Assembly (NCBI GenBank): GCA_965205945.1
Contig: CBDBIB010000003.1
Span: forward strand, 544,394 to 608,393
Length of the DNA stretch: 64,000 nt
DNA from: Bdellovibrionales bacterium
GTDB lineage: Bacteria > Bdellovibrionota > Bdellovibrionia > Bdellovibrionales > UBA1609
Direction of reading: 5' to 3'
This document shows positions 21,719-30,811 of the stretch, piece after piece; positions within the stretch are counted from its first letter, which is position 1, and the number at the start of each line of letters is the position of its first letter. The notes under the pieces are model-generated. The model worked only from the letters and a program-made list of their open reading frames with translations, searched no databases and was not told the DNA's origin. The translations under genes were made by a program, and so were the position numbers.

Positions 21719-23533
21719 ATGAAGCAATTTTTAAAAATATTTTTTGGATCTTTTTTAGGATCAGCACTTGGAGTAAGTATAGGGTTTATTTGTTTAATTG
21801 CTTTAATGGTAACTGGTCTAAATTTATTTTTTGGAGGTAGAGGGGATACAGGTATTCAAACGTTAAAAAACAATTCCATTATTGTTTTAAATCTTTCACA
21901 AAATGTTACAGAGCTTTTAGATGAGAGTTTTTTAGAAATTCAAGAAGCGTATAATCTTCATGATATTCGTGAAGCTTTACAAAAAGCCTCGGAGGATGAC
22001 AGAGTTCAAGGTATTTTAATAAAAATGACTTCAAGCACACCCATTGGATGGTCTACAGCTAAAGAACTTAGAAAGATTCTTTTAGATTTTTCAGAATCTA
22101 AAAAAAGTATTGTTGCTTTTGGAGAAACTGTAGATGAAAAGTCTATGTATATAGCTTCAGTTGCAGAAAGTATTTATATGCATCCTAATGGAAAAGTAGA
22201 TTGGAATGGTTTTGTAGCCACACCAATATTTTATAAAGGATTATTTGATAAATTAGAACTTGAGCCAATTATTTTTAAAGTTGGAAAATATAAATCTGCA
22301 ATTGAGCCTTTTATTAATGAAAAAATGAGTTTTGAATCCAGGCAACAAACAGAAGAGTTATTAGAAGATCTTTGGGAGGAAACTTTAGAAATCGTATCTG
22401 TAAGTAGAAACATTGATGTGAGTAACTTAAGAGAGTTTGCAGATGGTGCAACAGTGAGAACTGCAAAGCAGGCAAAAAAGATTGATTTAATTGATGAGGT
22501 AATAAGATATACAGATTTAGTAGAAATGCTTTTACAGAAGAAAGATAAAAAAACTATAATTAAAAAAGATGATTTAAAAAGATTAGTTTCCATAAGAGAG
22601 TACGAGGCGTTAAAGGGAGATAGTATGTTTGTAGCCTTAGAGCAAGGGTCATTGTTTAATCGCCAAGAAAAAAAAGAAAATAAAATTGCGATTCTTATTC
22701 TTGAAGGAACAATTATGCCGGGTTCTTTTGAGAAAGGTGTTATTGGTTCGGACTCAGTTGTAGAAGAACTTCAGAAAATAAGATTAGATAAAAAAATTAA
22801 AGGTGTTGTTTTAAGGATTAATTCTCCAGGGGGTAGTGCCTTGGCTTCTAATGTTATTTGGCATGAAGTAGAAAAGTTAAAAACAAAAAAATTAGTGTAT
22901 GTTTCTATGGGAGACACTGCAGCATCGGGAGGTTACTACATAGCAGCAGGAGCAAATAAAATTTTTGCAAATGCAAACACAATTACAGGATCAATAGGAG
23001 TGTTTTCAGTGTTGTTTAATGTTGAAAAAACTTTTAGATCTAAAGTAGGTTTAACATTTGATAGAGTTGTTACAAATAAATATGCAGATCTCGGCTCGAG
23101 TTTGCGTGCTATGGACGAAGGTGAAAAGGCCATTTTTCAAGAAGATGTAAGTAGGGTTTATAAGAACTTTTTAAATATAGTTGAAAAAGGTAGAAGCTAT
23201 ACAAGATTTGCTGATGTTGAAATGATCGCTCAAGGAAGAGTTTGGTCAGGTGTTCAGGCTAAGGAAGTGGGTTTAGTGGATCAACTTGGTGGCTTAGAAG
23301 ATTGTACAGTGACTTTGGCTGGAGAGTTAAAATTAGAGGATTATGATTTAGACTTTTATCCAAAGAAAAATTTTTTTCAAGGTTTTTTAAAAGGTTTACT
23401 TAGCATAGGAGCAAAACTACAAGGCGCCTATGAAGCTATAAATTCACCAATAGAATATACAAGAAAAATTAAAGAACGCTTGAGCAACGAGCAGATTCTA
23501 ATGTTATCTCCTTACACAATGATTATAAATTAA
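21719..23533 (+). CDS. sppA: Signal peptide peptidase SppA (67K type)
   Basis: KVGKYKSAIEP, RINSPGGSA, AASGGYY and TGSIGV motifs. Confidence 0.93.
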   Translation: MKQFLKIFFGSFLGSALGVSIGFICLIALMVTGLNLFFGGRGDTGIQTLKNNSIIVLNLSQNVTELLDESFLEIQEAYNLHDIREALQKASEDDRVQGILIKMTSSTPIGWSTAKELRKILLDFSESKKSIVAFGETVDEKSMYIASVAESIYMHPNGKVDWNGFVATPIFYKGLFDKLELEPIIFKVGKYKSAIEPFINEKMSFESRQQTEELLEDLWEETLEIVSVSRNIDVSNLREFADGATVRTAKQAKKIDLIDEVIRYTDLVEMLLQKKDKKTIIKKDDLKRLVSIREYEALKGDSMFVALEQGSLFNRQEKKENKIAILILEGTIMPGSFEKGVIGSDSVVEELQKIRLDKKIKGVVLRINSPGGSALASNVIWHEVEKLKTKKLVYVSMGDTAASGGYYIAAGANKIFANANTITGSIGVFSVLFNVEKTFRSKVGLTFDRVVTNKYADLGSSLRAMDEGEKAIFQEDVSRVYKNFLNIVEKGRSYTRFADVEMIAQGRVWSGVQAKEVGLVDQLGGLEDCTVTLAGELKLEDYDLDFYPKKNFFQGFLKGLLSIGAKLQGAYEAINSPIEYTRKIKERLSNEQILMLSPYTMIIN

Positions 23534-23579
23534 TAAAAAATGTTGCCCTTTGTTGATCTATTATAATAGAACTGTTTAT

Positions 23580-23670
23580 GGAGGGCTGGCAGAGCGGTTG
23601 AATGCACCAGTCTTGAAAACTGGCAGGTGTTTATAGCGCCTCGGGGGTTCGAATCCCCCGCCCTCCGCCA
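23580..23670 (+). tRNA. tRNA-Ser (anticodon TGA)
   Basis: GGAGGGC/GCCCTCC acceptor stem, CCAGT-CTTGAAA-ACTGG anticodon arm, long variable arm, GGTTCGAATCC T-arm, encoded CCA. Confidence 0.97.
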
Positions 23671-23847
23671 TTAATTTTTAAATTCGATTAAGTAGTAAAA
23701 CTACTTGCTTTTGTTTATAAAAAAAAATGAGCTTATAAAGCTAGAACCTAAATTTAGATTTTATCTAATCCAATGTTATTTAAGTAAGATTTCATTAGTT
23801 TTTAGGCCAACTTTTGATTTATTCCATTTTTTAAAAAGATGTAGAGT

Positions 23848-24010
23848 AAAAAAATGTAGGCTAAAGATGAAAGTAAACCCAAGCGTTAAAGTGGGCACCA
23901 TATAAACGCTTTAGGCTTCCTACTTAAAGTAGGCATGCTCACCACATTCAGGGACAGTTCCCGATAAGTATACTTGTAGGGTTTACTTTTTCAACCTAGC
24001 CTACAAATAA
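23848..24010 (-). ncRNA. ssrS: Probable 6S RNA
   Basis: Rod-like fold: TGTAGGCTA/TAGCCTACA closing stem, AAAGTAAACCC/GGGTTTACTTT stem, central bubble, apical CCTACTT/AAGTAGG hairpin; own promoter and terminal T-run. Confidence 0.7.
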
Positions 24011-24016
24011 AGCTAT

Positions 24017-24045
24017 ATCTTACCATTAAGAAAAGAGCTCTACAA
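24017..24045 (-). promoter_or_regulatory. Sigma-70 promoter of the putative 6S RNA
   Basis: Minus strand TTGTAG-N17-TAAGAT, ending about 7 nt before the predicted 5' end. Confidence 0.6.
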
Positions 24046-24092
24046 GACTAGGGGCTTGCTCAAAGAAGAAAAAGGCCATAAGTTTAAGCCGT

Positions 24093-25469
24093 ATGGGCCA
24101 TGGTCAGCAGTCGTTTAGTTTTGAGCAAAAAAAGTCTTTAAAGGCCGAGGCTATGTCTGTAAGTGATTTAAATCAGGCTATAAAATCAAATATTGAGGAT
24201 GAATTTCATACGATTTGGGTAAAAGGTGAAATATCTAATTTTAAATTTCATTCATCAGGACATTTTTATTTTTCCTTAAAAGACTCAAAATCTCAAATTA
24301 GTATAGTTATGTTTCGAGGTTTAAACGTAAAGCTTAAGTTTAGGCCTAAAGATGGCATGCAAGTTATTTTAAGGGGCAAAGTTACAGTTTACACTCCTAA
24401 AGGTTCATATCAAATTTTATGTGAAACAATGAGCCCTACTGGGCAAGGTGATCTTCAAGAAGCCTTTGAAAAATTAAAGATAAAATTAAAAAATGAGGGT
24501 TTGTTTGATAGTAAAAAGAAAAAACCACTTCCTTTTCTACCGTTTAATATAGTTTTAGTAACAAGTCCAACAGGAGCTGCTGTTAAAGATATGATTCATG
24601 TTTTAAAAAGAAGGCATCCGGCAGCTCAAATCACCATAGTCCAGACTTTGACTCAAGGAGACCACGCTGCAAGGGATTTAATTAGAGCACTTAAGGATGC
24701 TGAAAAACTTGCTGACGCTGAGGTGATTATTTTAAGTAGGGGTGGTGGATCGTTAGAGGATATGTGGTGTTTTAATGATGAGGGGCTTGCTAGAAAAATT
24801 TATTCAATGAAAATTCCTATTATATCTGGAGTAGGTCATGAAATTGATTTTACCATTTCAGATTTTGTGGCAGATTTTAGAGCGCCAACACCTTCAGTTG
24901 CTGCAGAGATTGTTTGTAAAAATGTAGATGAAATTAAAGAAAAGATTTCTCAAAGTAAAGGCCGTTTAGAACACAAAATATGGAATCTTATTCAGAATAA
25001 AAAAACTGTGATTAGTCATATGAGTATGAGACTTGTAGATCCAAGAAACAGATTTTTGGATTTAAGAATTAAAATTGATGAACTTATTGTTCGAGCTCAA
25101 AGGTCTATTGAATCAAAGATTCAGATTTATAGAGTCAATGAAAAATCTTATAGTTTAAGGCTTAAGGGAGTTTTAAATATTGGGAATTTTTTAAAGCAAA
25201 GACTTGGTTTTTTAAGTAGAGATTTGATAAATGCCCAAGAAATTAAATTAAAAAATTTTAAAGCAAGGCTTAATCAAAATATTGGAGTTTTAAAAGCTTT
25301 AAATCCTTTTGGAGTCTTAGATAGAGGATATGCTATTGTTAGAAATACTAGAACTGGAGAAATAGTTAAAGATTTTAATTCATTAAGGGTAAAGGAGAAA
25401 ATAAAAGTTCAATTTTTTAAAGGAAGAGTAGAGGCTGAAATTACAAAAAAAATAAAAGATGGAGAGTGA
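24093..25469 (+). CDS. xseA: Exodeoxyribonuclease VII large subunit
   Basis: WVKGEISNF...SGHFYFSLKD, RGGGSLED and GHEIDFT...RAPTPS motifs. Confidence 0.96.
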   Translation: MGHGQQSFSFEQKKSLKAEAMSVSDLNQAIKSNIEDEFHTIWVKGEISNFKFHSSGHFYFSLKDSKSQISIVMFRGLNVKLKFRPKDGMQVILRGKVTVYTPKGSYQILCETMSPTGQGDLQEAFEKLKIKLKNEGLFDSKKKKPLPFLPFNIVLVTSPTGAAVKDMIHVLKRRHPAAQITIVQTLTQGDHAARDLIRALKDAEKLADAEVIILSRGGGSLEDMWCFNDEGLARKIYSMKIPIISGVGHEIDFTISDFVADFRAPTPSVAAEIVCKNVDEIKEKISQSKGRLEHKIWNLIQNKKTVISHMSMRLVDPRNRFLDLRIKIDELIVRAQRSIESKIQIYRVNEKSYSLRLKGVLNIGNFLKQRLGFLSRDLINAQEIKLKNFKARLNQNIGVLKALNPFGVLDRGYAIVRNTRTGEIVKDFNSLRVKEKIKVQFFKGRVEAEITKKIKDGE

Positions 25470-25689
25470 AAAGATGGTTAAAGAAAAAGTTTCTTTTGAA
25501 GAAAAAATTAAAAGATTAGAAGAAATTGTTGGGAAAATTGAATCTTCAGATATTGAGTTAAAAGACTCTATTAGGCTTTTTGAAGAAGGGGTAAAGCTTT
25601 CAAAAGACTGTCAATCAGCGTTAGATGATGCTGAGAAAAAAGTTAAAATATTGGTTTCAGATGGAAATTTTAGGGAGTTTAATGAGTAA
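25459..25689 (+). CDS. xseB: Exodeoxyribonuclease VII small subunit
   Basis: SFEE...LEEIV..IE...L..SI.LFEEG..L...CQ..L..AE. Confidence 0.93.
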   Translation: MESEKMVKEKVSFEEKIKRLEEIVGKIESSDIELKDSIRLFEEGVKLSKDCQSALDDAEKKVKILVSDGNFREFNE

Positions 25690-26497
25690 TGATTTTAAAT
25701 TTTATTGCGAAAAAGAACTTTTTAGATTAAAAAAAAATTCAAATTCAGATTTTTTTAATAGCTTAAAGTACTCTTTTTTTTCAGGAGGAAAAAGAATAAG
25801 ACCACGCTTACTTTTGGCTATGGGTGAAGAGTTAGGCTGTAGAGCAAAAGTTTTATATTCGGTGGCATTTGCAGTTGAATTGGTGCACACATACTCTCTT
25901 ATTCACGATGATCTTCCAGCAATGGATAATGATATGTATCGAAGGGGAAGGCTTACCCACCATGCTAAATATGGAGAAGCTTCAGCAGTACTTGCTGGAA
26001 ATGGACTTTTAACTTTTGCATTTCAGATTTTAGCTGAGAATTATAGAGGAGAAGTTTTAAAGGATTTAATCTTAATGCTTTCAAAATCTTTAGGGGCGTT
26101 GGGAATGATTGGTGGGCAAGTATTAGACTGTTTAACTCATGAGCGAGATGAAAAGATTTTTAACAAAATCCATTTATTAAAAACAGGAATGCTCTTTGGT
26201 TTTTCTACTGCATCACCAGGTGTAATCTTAGGTTTGGAGAAATCAAAAATAGATAATCTAAAAAGGCTTGGTCATATAATTGGTCTACTTTTTCAATTAC
26301 AAGATGATTTTTTTGATGAAGATAAGAAGAGTAAGCGTAGAGAAGAAAATATTTTGTCAATTTTATTAAAAACAGAGCTGCTAAATCTTATTCAAAACAA
26401 AAAAGAAAGTATTCAGTATTTATTAAGAGAACTTCATATTAAAATGGGATCAACTTTTTATGAGTTAATACAAATGCTTTTTAAGAGAAAGTATTAA
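25682..26497 (+). CDS. ispA: Polyprenyl (farnesyl) diphosphate synthase
   Basis: GGKRIRP, HTYSLIHDDLPAMD...RRG and FQLQDD motifs; ATG 25682 overlaps the end of xseB. Confidence 0.9.
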   Translation: MSNDFKFYCEKELFRLKKNSNSDFFNSLKYSFFSGGKRIRPRLLLAMGEELGCRAKVLYSVAFAVELVHTYSLIHDDLPAMDNDMYRRGRLTHHAKYGEASAVLAGNGLLTFAFQILAENYRGEVLKDLILMLSKSLGALGMIGGQVLDCLTHERDEKIFNKIHLLKTGMLFGFSTASPGVILGLEKSKIDNLKRLGHIIGLLFQLQDDFFDEDKKSKRREENILSILLKTELLNLIQNKKESIQYLLRELHIKMGSTFYELIQMLFKRKY

Positions 26498-26507
26498 GAG
26501 CAAAAAT

Positions 26508-27239
26508 ATGCGTTTAGATCAGTATCTAGTTAAGATTAAAAAAATGCGTTCTAGAGTTCAAGCAAAAGATTTTATCCAAAATGGAAAAGTTAAAGTGAAT
26601 GGGAGGTTAGTTACAAAAGCCAGTTGCCTTTGTAATTTAAACACTGAAATTCAAATTATAAATAATGCCGATGTAAAGTGGGTAGCCAGATCAGGTCAAA
26701 AGCTTTATAAAGCCCTTAAACATTTAAATCTAGATTTAATGGGCAAGACTTGTTTGGATGTAGGGCAATCCACAGGGGGATTCACCCAAGCAATGCTTAA
26801 AAAAAATGCTAAAACAGTTGTTGGTATTGATGTTGGTAAAGATCAATTGGATAAAGAGATTAAAAGCCTTACTAATGTTTACTGTTATGAGTCTTTTGAT
26901 GCTAGAGAGCTTTTAAAGCTTAAAGATCAATGGGACATTGATTTTTTTGCTGTAGATGTTTCGTTTATTTCTGTTTTAAAAATTTTTAAGGGGCTTAAGG
27001 ATTTAGTCTGTGGAGATTTTCCCATTAATGGGCTTTTGCTTATAAAACCACAGTTTGAGGTGGGTAAAAATGAGGTGAAAAAAGGTGGTCTAGTTGATCT
27101 GCCACTGATACATTTAGAATGTGAAAAAAAGATCTTAACTAAACTTGTAAAGATGGGGGCTGTAATTCTAGATTACTTTCCATCAAGTTTGAAGGGGAGA
27201 GATGGCAATCAAGAGTTTATTTGTTATATTTCTATTTAG
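26508..27239 (+). CDS. tlyA: TlyA family rRNA methyltransferase
   Basis: S4 domain MRLDQYLV; DVGQSTGGFT, DVSFIS, LIKPQFE and GRDGNQEF motifs. Confidence 0.92.
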   Translation: MRLDQYLVKIKKMRSRVQAKDFIQNGKVKVNGRLVTKASCLCNLNTEIQIINNADVKWVARSGQKLYKALKHLNLDLMGKTCLDVGQSTGGFTQAMLKKNAKTVVGIDVGKDQLDKEIKSLTNVYCYESFDARELLKLKDQWDIDFFAVDVSFISVLKIFKGLKDLVCGDFPINGLLLIKPQFEVGKNEVKKGGLVDLPLIHLECEKKILTKLVKMGAVILDYFPSSLKGRDGNQEFICYISI

Positions 27240-28152
27240 TTTGTTTGTAGTGTCGTGTGTTCAAATGAGAAAAATGAATTTTAAGAATATAGATTCTCAA
27301 AGAATTGATTTAAAAGGGTTTAAGACTAAAGATTTACAAAAACTTAAGCTTGAGGAAAACATAAATTTTGAAACTAGAGTGTCTGGTAAGTTATTTAGGC
27401 CGAAGGTGAGTTTAGTTTTAGGTCCGGGCGCTTCAAGGTCGTTTGCCCATATAGGAGTTTTAAAGGAGCTAAAGGCTTTAGGGATTCAAATTCACTCTAT
27501 TGTTGGAATGGGTTGGTCGGCAATAATTGCAGCTGAATATGTAGATCAAAAATCAGTACATGGCCTAGAGTGGAAAGCTTCAAGATCTACGGAGTTTAAA
27601 AAACTTTTAGAAACTTCTTTTTGGAGTTCTACAATTAAGGAGAAGACTTTGTCTGAAGCTGAGAACTTAGTAAAAAGCCTTTTAACAGATTATAGCATAA
27701 GAGGTAAAAATAGAGGTGAGTTTTCTTGTCCTCTTCTTTCAAAAAGTAAAAATACATTGGTGCTATCGGATAAAAGAGGGTTAAAAAACTGTATTGCTGT
27801 TCCTCCATTATTTAATCCCGGAAAAAACTACGCCCCATATTTGTTTGATATTTTAGCCATACAAGAGGGCGTTGTGCGTATGGGAGCTGAAAAAGTGATT
27901 TTTATAGATGTTTTAAATAAAAATAAAAAATTCTTTGGAAAAAAAGAAGCCTTTGTAAGTGGTGCGGTTTATTGGTACTGGGCTTTTGCCTCTGAAATGA
28001 CTCAATCTGCTTACAGTGTTTTTGATAAAGTTATAGAGATAGATGTGGACTCTGAGATTTTAAATTTTAATAACACGCTTGATTCAGTTAGAAAAGGTAG
28101 GATATCAGGGCGAGAACTTGCCGAGTTTTTACAAAAAGAATATCAATACTAA
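27202..28152 (+). CDS. Patatin-like lipoprotein with degenerate active site
   Basis: Lipobox VVSC; LVLGPGASRSFAHIGVLKEL patatin block; GxSxG replaced by GMGWS. Confidence 0.6.
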   Translation: MAIKSLFVIFLFSLFVVSCVQMRKMNFKNIDSQRIDLKGFKTKDLQKLKLEENINFETRVSGKLFRPKVSLVLGPGASRSFAHIGVLKELKALGIQIHSIVGMGWSAIIAAEYVDQKSVHGLEWKASRSTEFKKLLETSFWSSTIKEKTLSEAENLVKSLLTDYSIRGKNRGEFSCPLLSKSKNTLVLSDKRGLKNCIAVPPLFNPGKNYAPYLFDILAIQEGVVRMGAEKVIFIDVLNKNKKFFGKKEAFVSGAVYWYWAFASEMTQSAYSVFDKVIEIDVDSEILNFNNTLDSVRKGRISGRELAEFLQKEYQY

Positions 28153-28167
28153 ATAAAGGATTAAGAT

Positions 28168-29496
28168 ATGAGGAAACCGCTTATAGATATAAAATACTTT
28201 AAACAAAGAAGAGATAGACTTAAAAGTATGGCTGGAAAGGATGAAGCCCTTATTTTATTTTCCGGGTATGCTCCAAGAAGGAGTAACGATACAAATTATA
28301 AATTCAGAGTGAATAGTAATTTTTTCTACCTTACAGGTTTTCAGGAAGAGGGAGCGATCTTGGTGTATAGACCGGGAAAAACGCCAGAAACAGTAGTTTT
28401 TGTTCACCCAAAGGATCCGACTCTAGAAACTTGGGAAGGCTTTATGTTTGGAAAAGATCTTGCAAAAACTACATTTAACTTTGATGAAACTTATTTGGAG
28501 CCAGATTTTGATTCTAAAATCGTTGATCTTTTATTAGAGATTAAGTCAGTTTATTTTAAAATCGGTGAAGACTCAAAACAAGATGAAAGGGTATTATCTG
28601 CAATGAAGATGGTGTTGAAAAAAAAAGGTCGTAAAGGATACGGGTTTCAAGAGATTAAAGATCCAGATGTGTATATGGCAGGCTTAAGAGTTATAAAAAC
28701 AGAAGAAGAAATTAAATTCATGAAGAAAGCGGCTAAAGTTTCAGCAAAAGCTCATATAAAAGTAATGAAAACTATAAGGCCTGGGGTCAATGAGGCCTAT
28801 CTTGAAGGTGTTTTTTTAAGTGAGGCTATGAAATTAGGAGCTAAAAACTTAGCATATAATACAATTTCAGCAAGTGGAAACAATGCAACAACTCTTCACT
28901 ATGTGTTTAATGATCAAGAGTGTAAGGATGGAGATCTTTATCTAATTGATGCCGGTGTTGAGTATGAGTATTATACAGGAGACATAACTAGAACGTATCC
29001 TGTTGGAGCAGATTTTACTAAAATTCAAAAAGATGTTTATCAAAAAATTTTAGAAGTTCAAAAAGATATAGTGGCTTTAGTTAAACCAGGGATTACTTTT
29101 AAACTACTTATAGACAGAGCGGATAAAGTTTTAACAAAAATTATGATTGATTTAGGTTTACTTAAAGGTAGTATTAAAGAAAACATAGAAAAAAAACTTC
29201 ATAAAAAATACTATCCTCATGGAATTGGACATTTTTTAGGAATAGATGTTCATGATATTGGTTTTTATGAGAAAAATAATGAAGAAATTTTTTTTCAACC
29301 AGGTATGTGCCTTACAATAGAGCCGGGTCTTTATATTCCTAAAGATGATATAAAAGCTCCACTACATTTAAGGGGAATAGGTATAAGAATTGAGGATGAT
29401 ATTTTAGTAACAAGGGATGGACACGAGAATATGACTAAATTAGTTCCTAAAGAAATTAATGAGATGTTGGCCCTTAAAAAAGACTATGTAACATAG
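28168..29496 (+). CDS. pepP: Xaa-Pro aminopeptidase
   Basis: DAG.EY..YTGDITRT, HGIGHFLGIDVHD, TIEPGLY and GIRIEDD motifs. Confidence 0.93.
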   Translation: MRKPLIDIKYFKQRRDRLKSMAGKDEALILFSGYAPRRSNDTNYKFRVNSNFFYLTGFQEEGAILVYRPGKTPETVVFVHPKDPTLETWEGFMFGKDLAKTTFNFDETYLEPDFDSKIVDLLLEIKSVYFKIGEDSKQDERVLSAMKMVLKKKGRKGYGFQEIKDPDVYMAGLRVIKTEEEIKFMKKAAKVSAKAHIKVMKTIRPGVNEAYLEGVFLSEAMKLGAKNLAYNTISASGNNATTLHYVFNDQECKDGDLYLIDAGVEYEYYTGDITRTYPVGADFTKIQKDVYQKILEVQKDIVALVKPGITFKLLIDRADKVLTKIMIDLGLLKGSIKENIEKKLHKKYYPHGIGHFLGIDVHDIGFYEKNNEEIFFQPGMCLTIEPGLYIPKDDIKAPLHLRGIGIRIEDDILVTRDGHENMTKLVPKEINEMLALKKDYVT

Positions 29497-29545
29497 GTTA
29501 CAATTAGCCTTGTAATCTGAGTTCGACGATTTAAGCATTTAAATA

Positions 29546-29575
29546 GAGCCTGTAAATTAAATTGTGTAATTGCGG
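29546..29575. mobile_element. Possible isolated IS256-family terminal inverted repeat
   Basis: GAGCCTGTAAATTAAATTGTGTAATTGC resembles the GAGCCTGT...TGTGTAA pattern I associate with IS256-family ends; no transposase present. Confidence 0.3.
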
Positions 29576-29882
29576 TTTTTAAAATCTAAAATTAGAATTT
29601 AAAAATCATTTATATTCTTTCATCACGTACTTTTGTTTTAAAGTTTAAAGTTTGATTTTATAAATTAGGAATATTTAGAATCGAGGGCAAGAGTTTGAGC
29701 CTTAAATATTAAAAATATTGATTAAAGAAAGTTATATTGAAAAAGAGAAAAAGCTTTTAAGAAAAGATCAGTCATAGCTTACAGGTTTGACTTTAAATTC
29801 ATATATGAGTTGGTAAAACATTTAGTATTAAGTAAAAATACTAGAAACTTCAAACAAACTTATCATTATCTAAGGGTTTGTA

Positions 29883-30635
29883 TTAAAAAAAATCATTTCT
29901 TATAAAATCCATATAATGCCAACCATTCTTTTTTGCAATTTTAAGTGCATCCTTTTCTAAGGTATAAATAGAGGAGTTTAAAGCTGCTGAGTGGACAATT
30001 TGTTTTAAATGAGTTGAGATTTGTATCATAGGGATATCTGAAGTTGTGTTTCCTGAAACAAAAAATGGTTTTTTTCCATTAGTATGTTCAAGAAGAGCAT
30101 CAACTTTTCCCTTATGCCAACTGATATGGCCTTTTTGTTTATTTGTTATAATTCCATTTTTAATTTCGGTTTCAATGCCAATAACATTTTGTCGAAGCAG
30201 TCCTAACTCTAAAGCTGCAGCTTCAACAGTCCACTTCACAGAGGCTGTAACGATATAAACCTTAATCTTCTTATTAATTAAAAACTTAATGATTTCTTTT
30301 TGATGTTGAATAAAATAAGGCCTAATTTTTTGATTAAAATCATTTCCAAAAGAGCGCACTTCTTTTGTTGAAAAGCCTGCAAGAGTTTTTGCAAACCAAA
30401 AAAGGCTAGCTTGTGGACCTTTTTTTGTTTCTTTTTTGTAATCATTCCAAGTATAGGGTTTATCTTTAAAAAATTTTTTTTTAATTTGATAATCAAAGAA
30501 ATTATGTCCTATATCAGATAGCCAACATGTTCCATCAGCATCAAAAGCTGCAATAGGGTTGGCTGTAGGATCACTAAGAGCAACTTCAATATTCTTTTTA
30601 ATTAAATTAGTGTAGGTTTTAGGAACATTATACAT
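29883..30635 (-). CDS. HAD-superfamily hydrolase (IB / phosphoserine phosphatase-like)
   Basis: FDADGT motif I, VTAS motif II, K...GNTTSD motifs. Confidence 0.8.
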   Translation of the reverse strand: MYNVPKTYTNLIKKNIEVALSDPTANPIAAFDADGTCWLSDIGHNFFDYQIKKKFFKDKPYTWNDYKKETKKGPQASLFWFAKTLAGFSTKEVRSFGNDFNQKIRPYFIQHQKEIIKFLINKKIKVYIVTASVKWTVEAAALELGLLRQNVIGIETEIKNGIITNKQKGHISWHKGKVDALLEHTNGKKPFFVSGNTTSDIPMIQISTHLKQIVHSAALNSSIYTLEKDALKIAKKNGWHYMDFIRNDFF

Positions 30636-30811
30636 TATCTACTTTTGGAGTAAAAATTATAAAAAATCAATGGAATTACAAAAAATTATAATTAAGAGGT
30701 ATGAATTTAGTGAGTATTTTTTAAAGTGGTAGAGATTAAAAAGAAATTTTAGATATGGTTGGCTTAAAATAAGGAAATAAGTTAAAATATAGTCACCATT
30801 AAATTTGTAAA

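Noticed and set aside
23580..23860. tRNA-Ser as an integration site for an island
   Set aside because: No integrase nearby and no duplicated tRNA 3' end noticed in the window.
23705..23905. 66-aa ORF after tRNA-Ser
   Set aside because: TTG start with no RBS, no recognisable motif, and it overlaps the structured RNA on the opposite strand.
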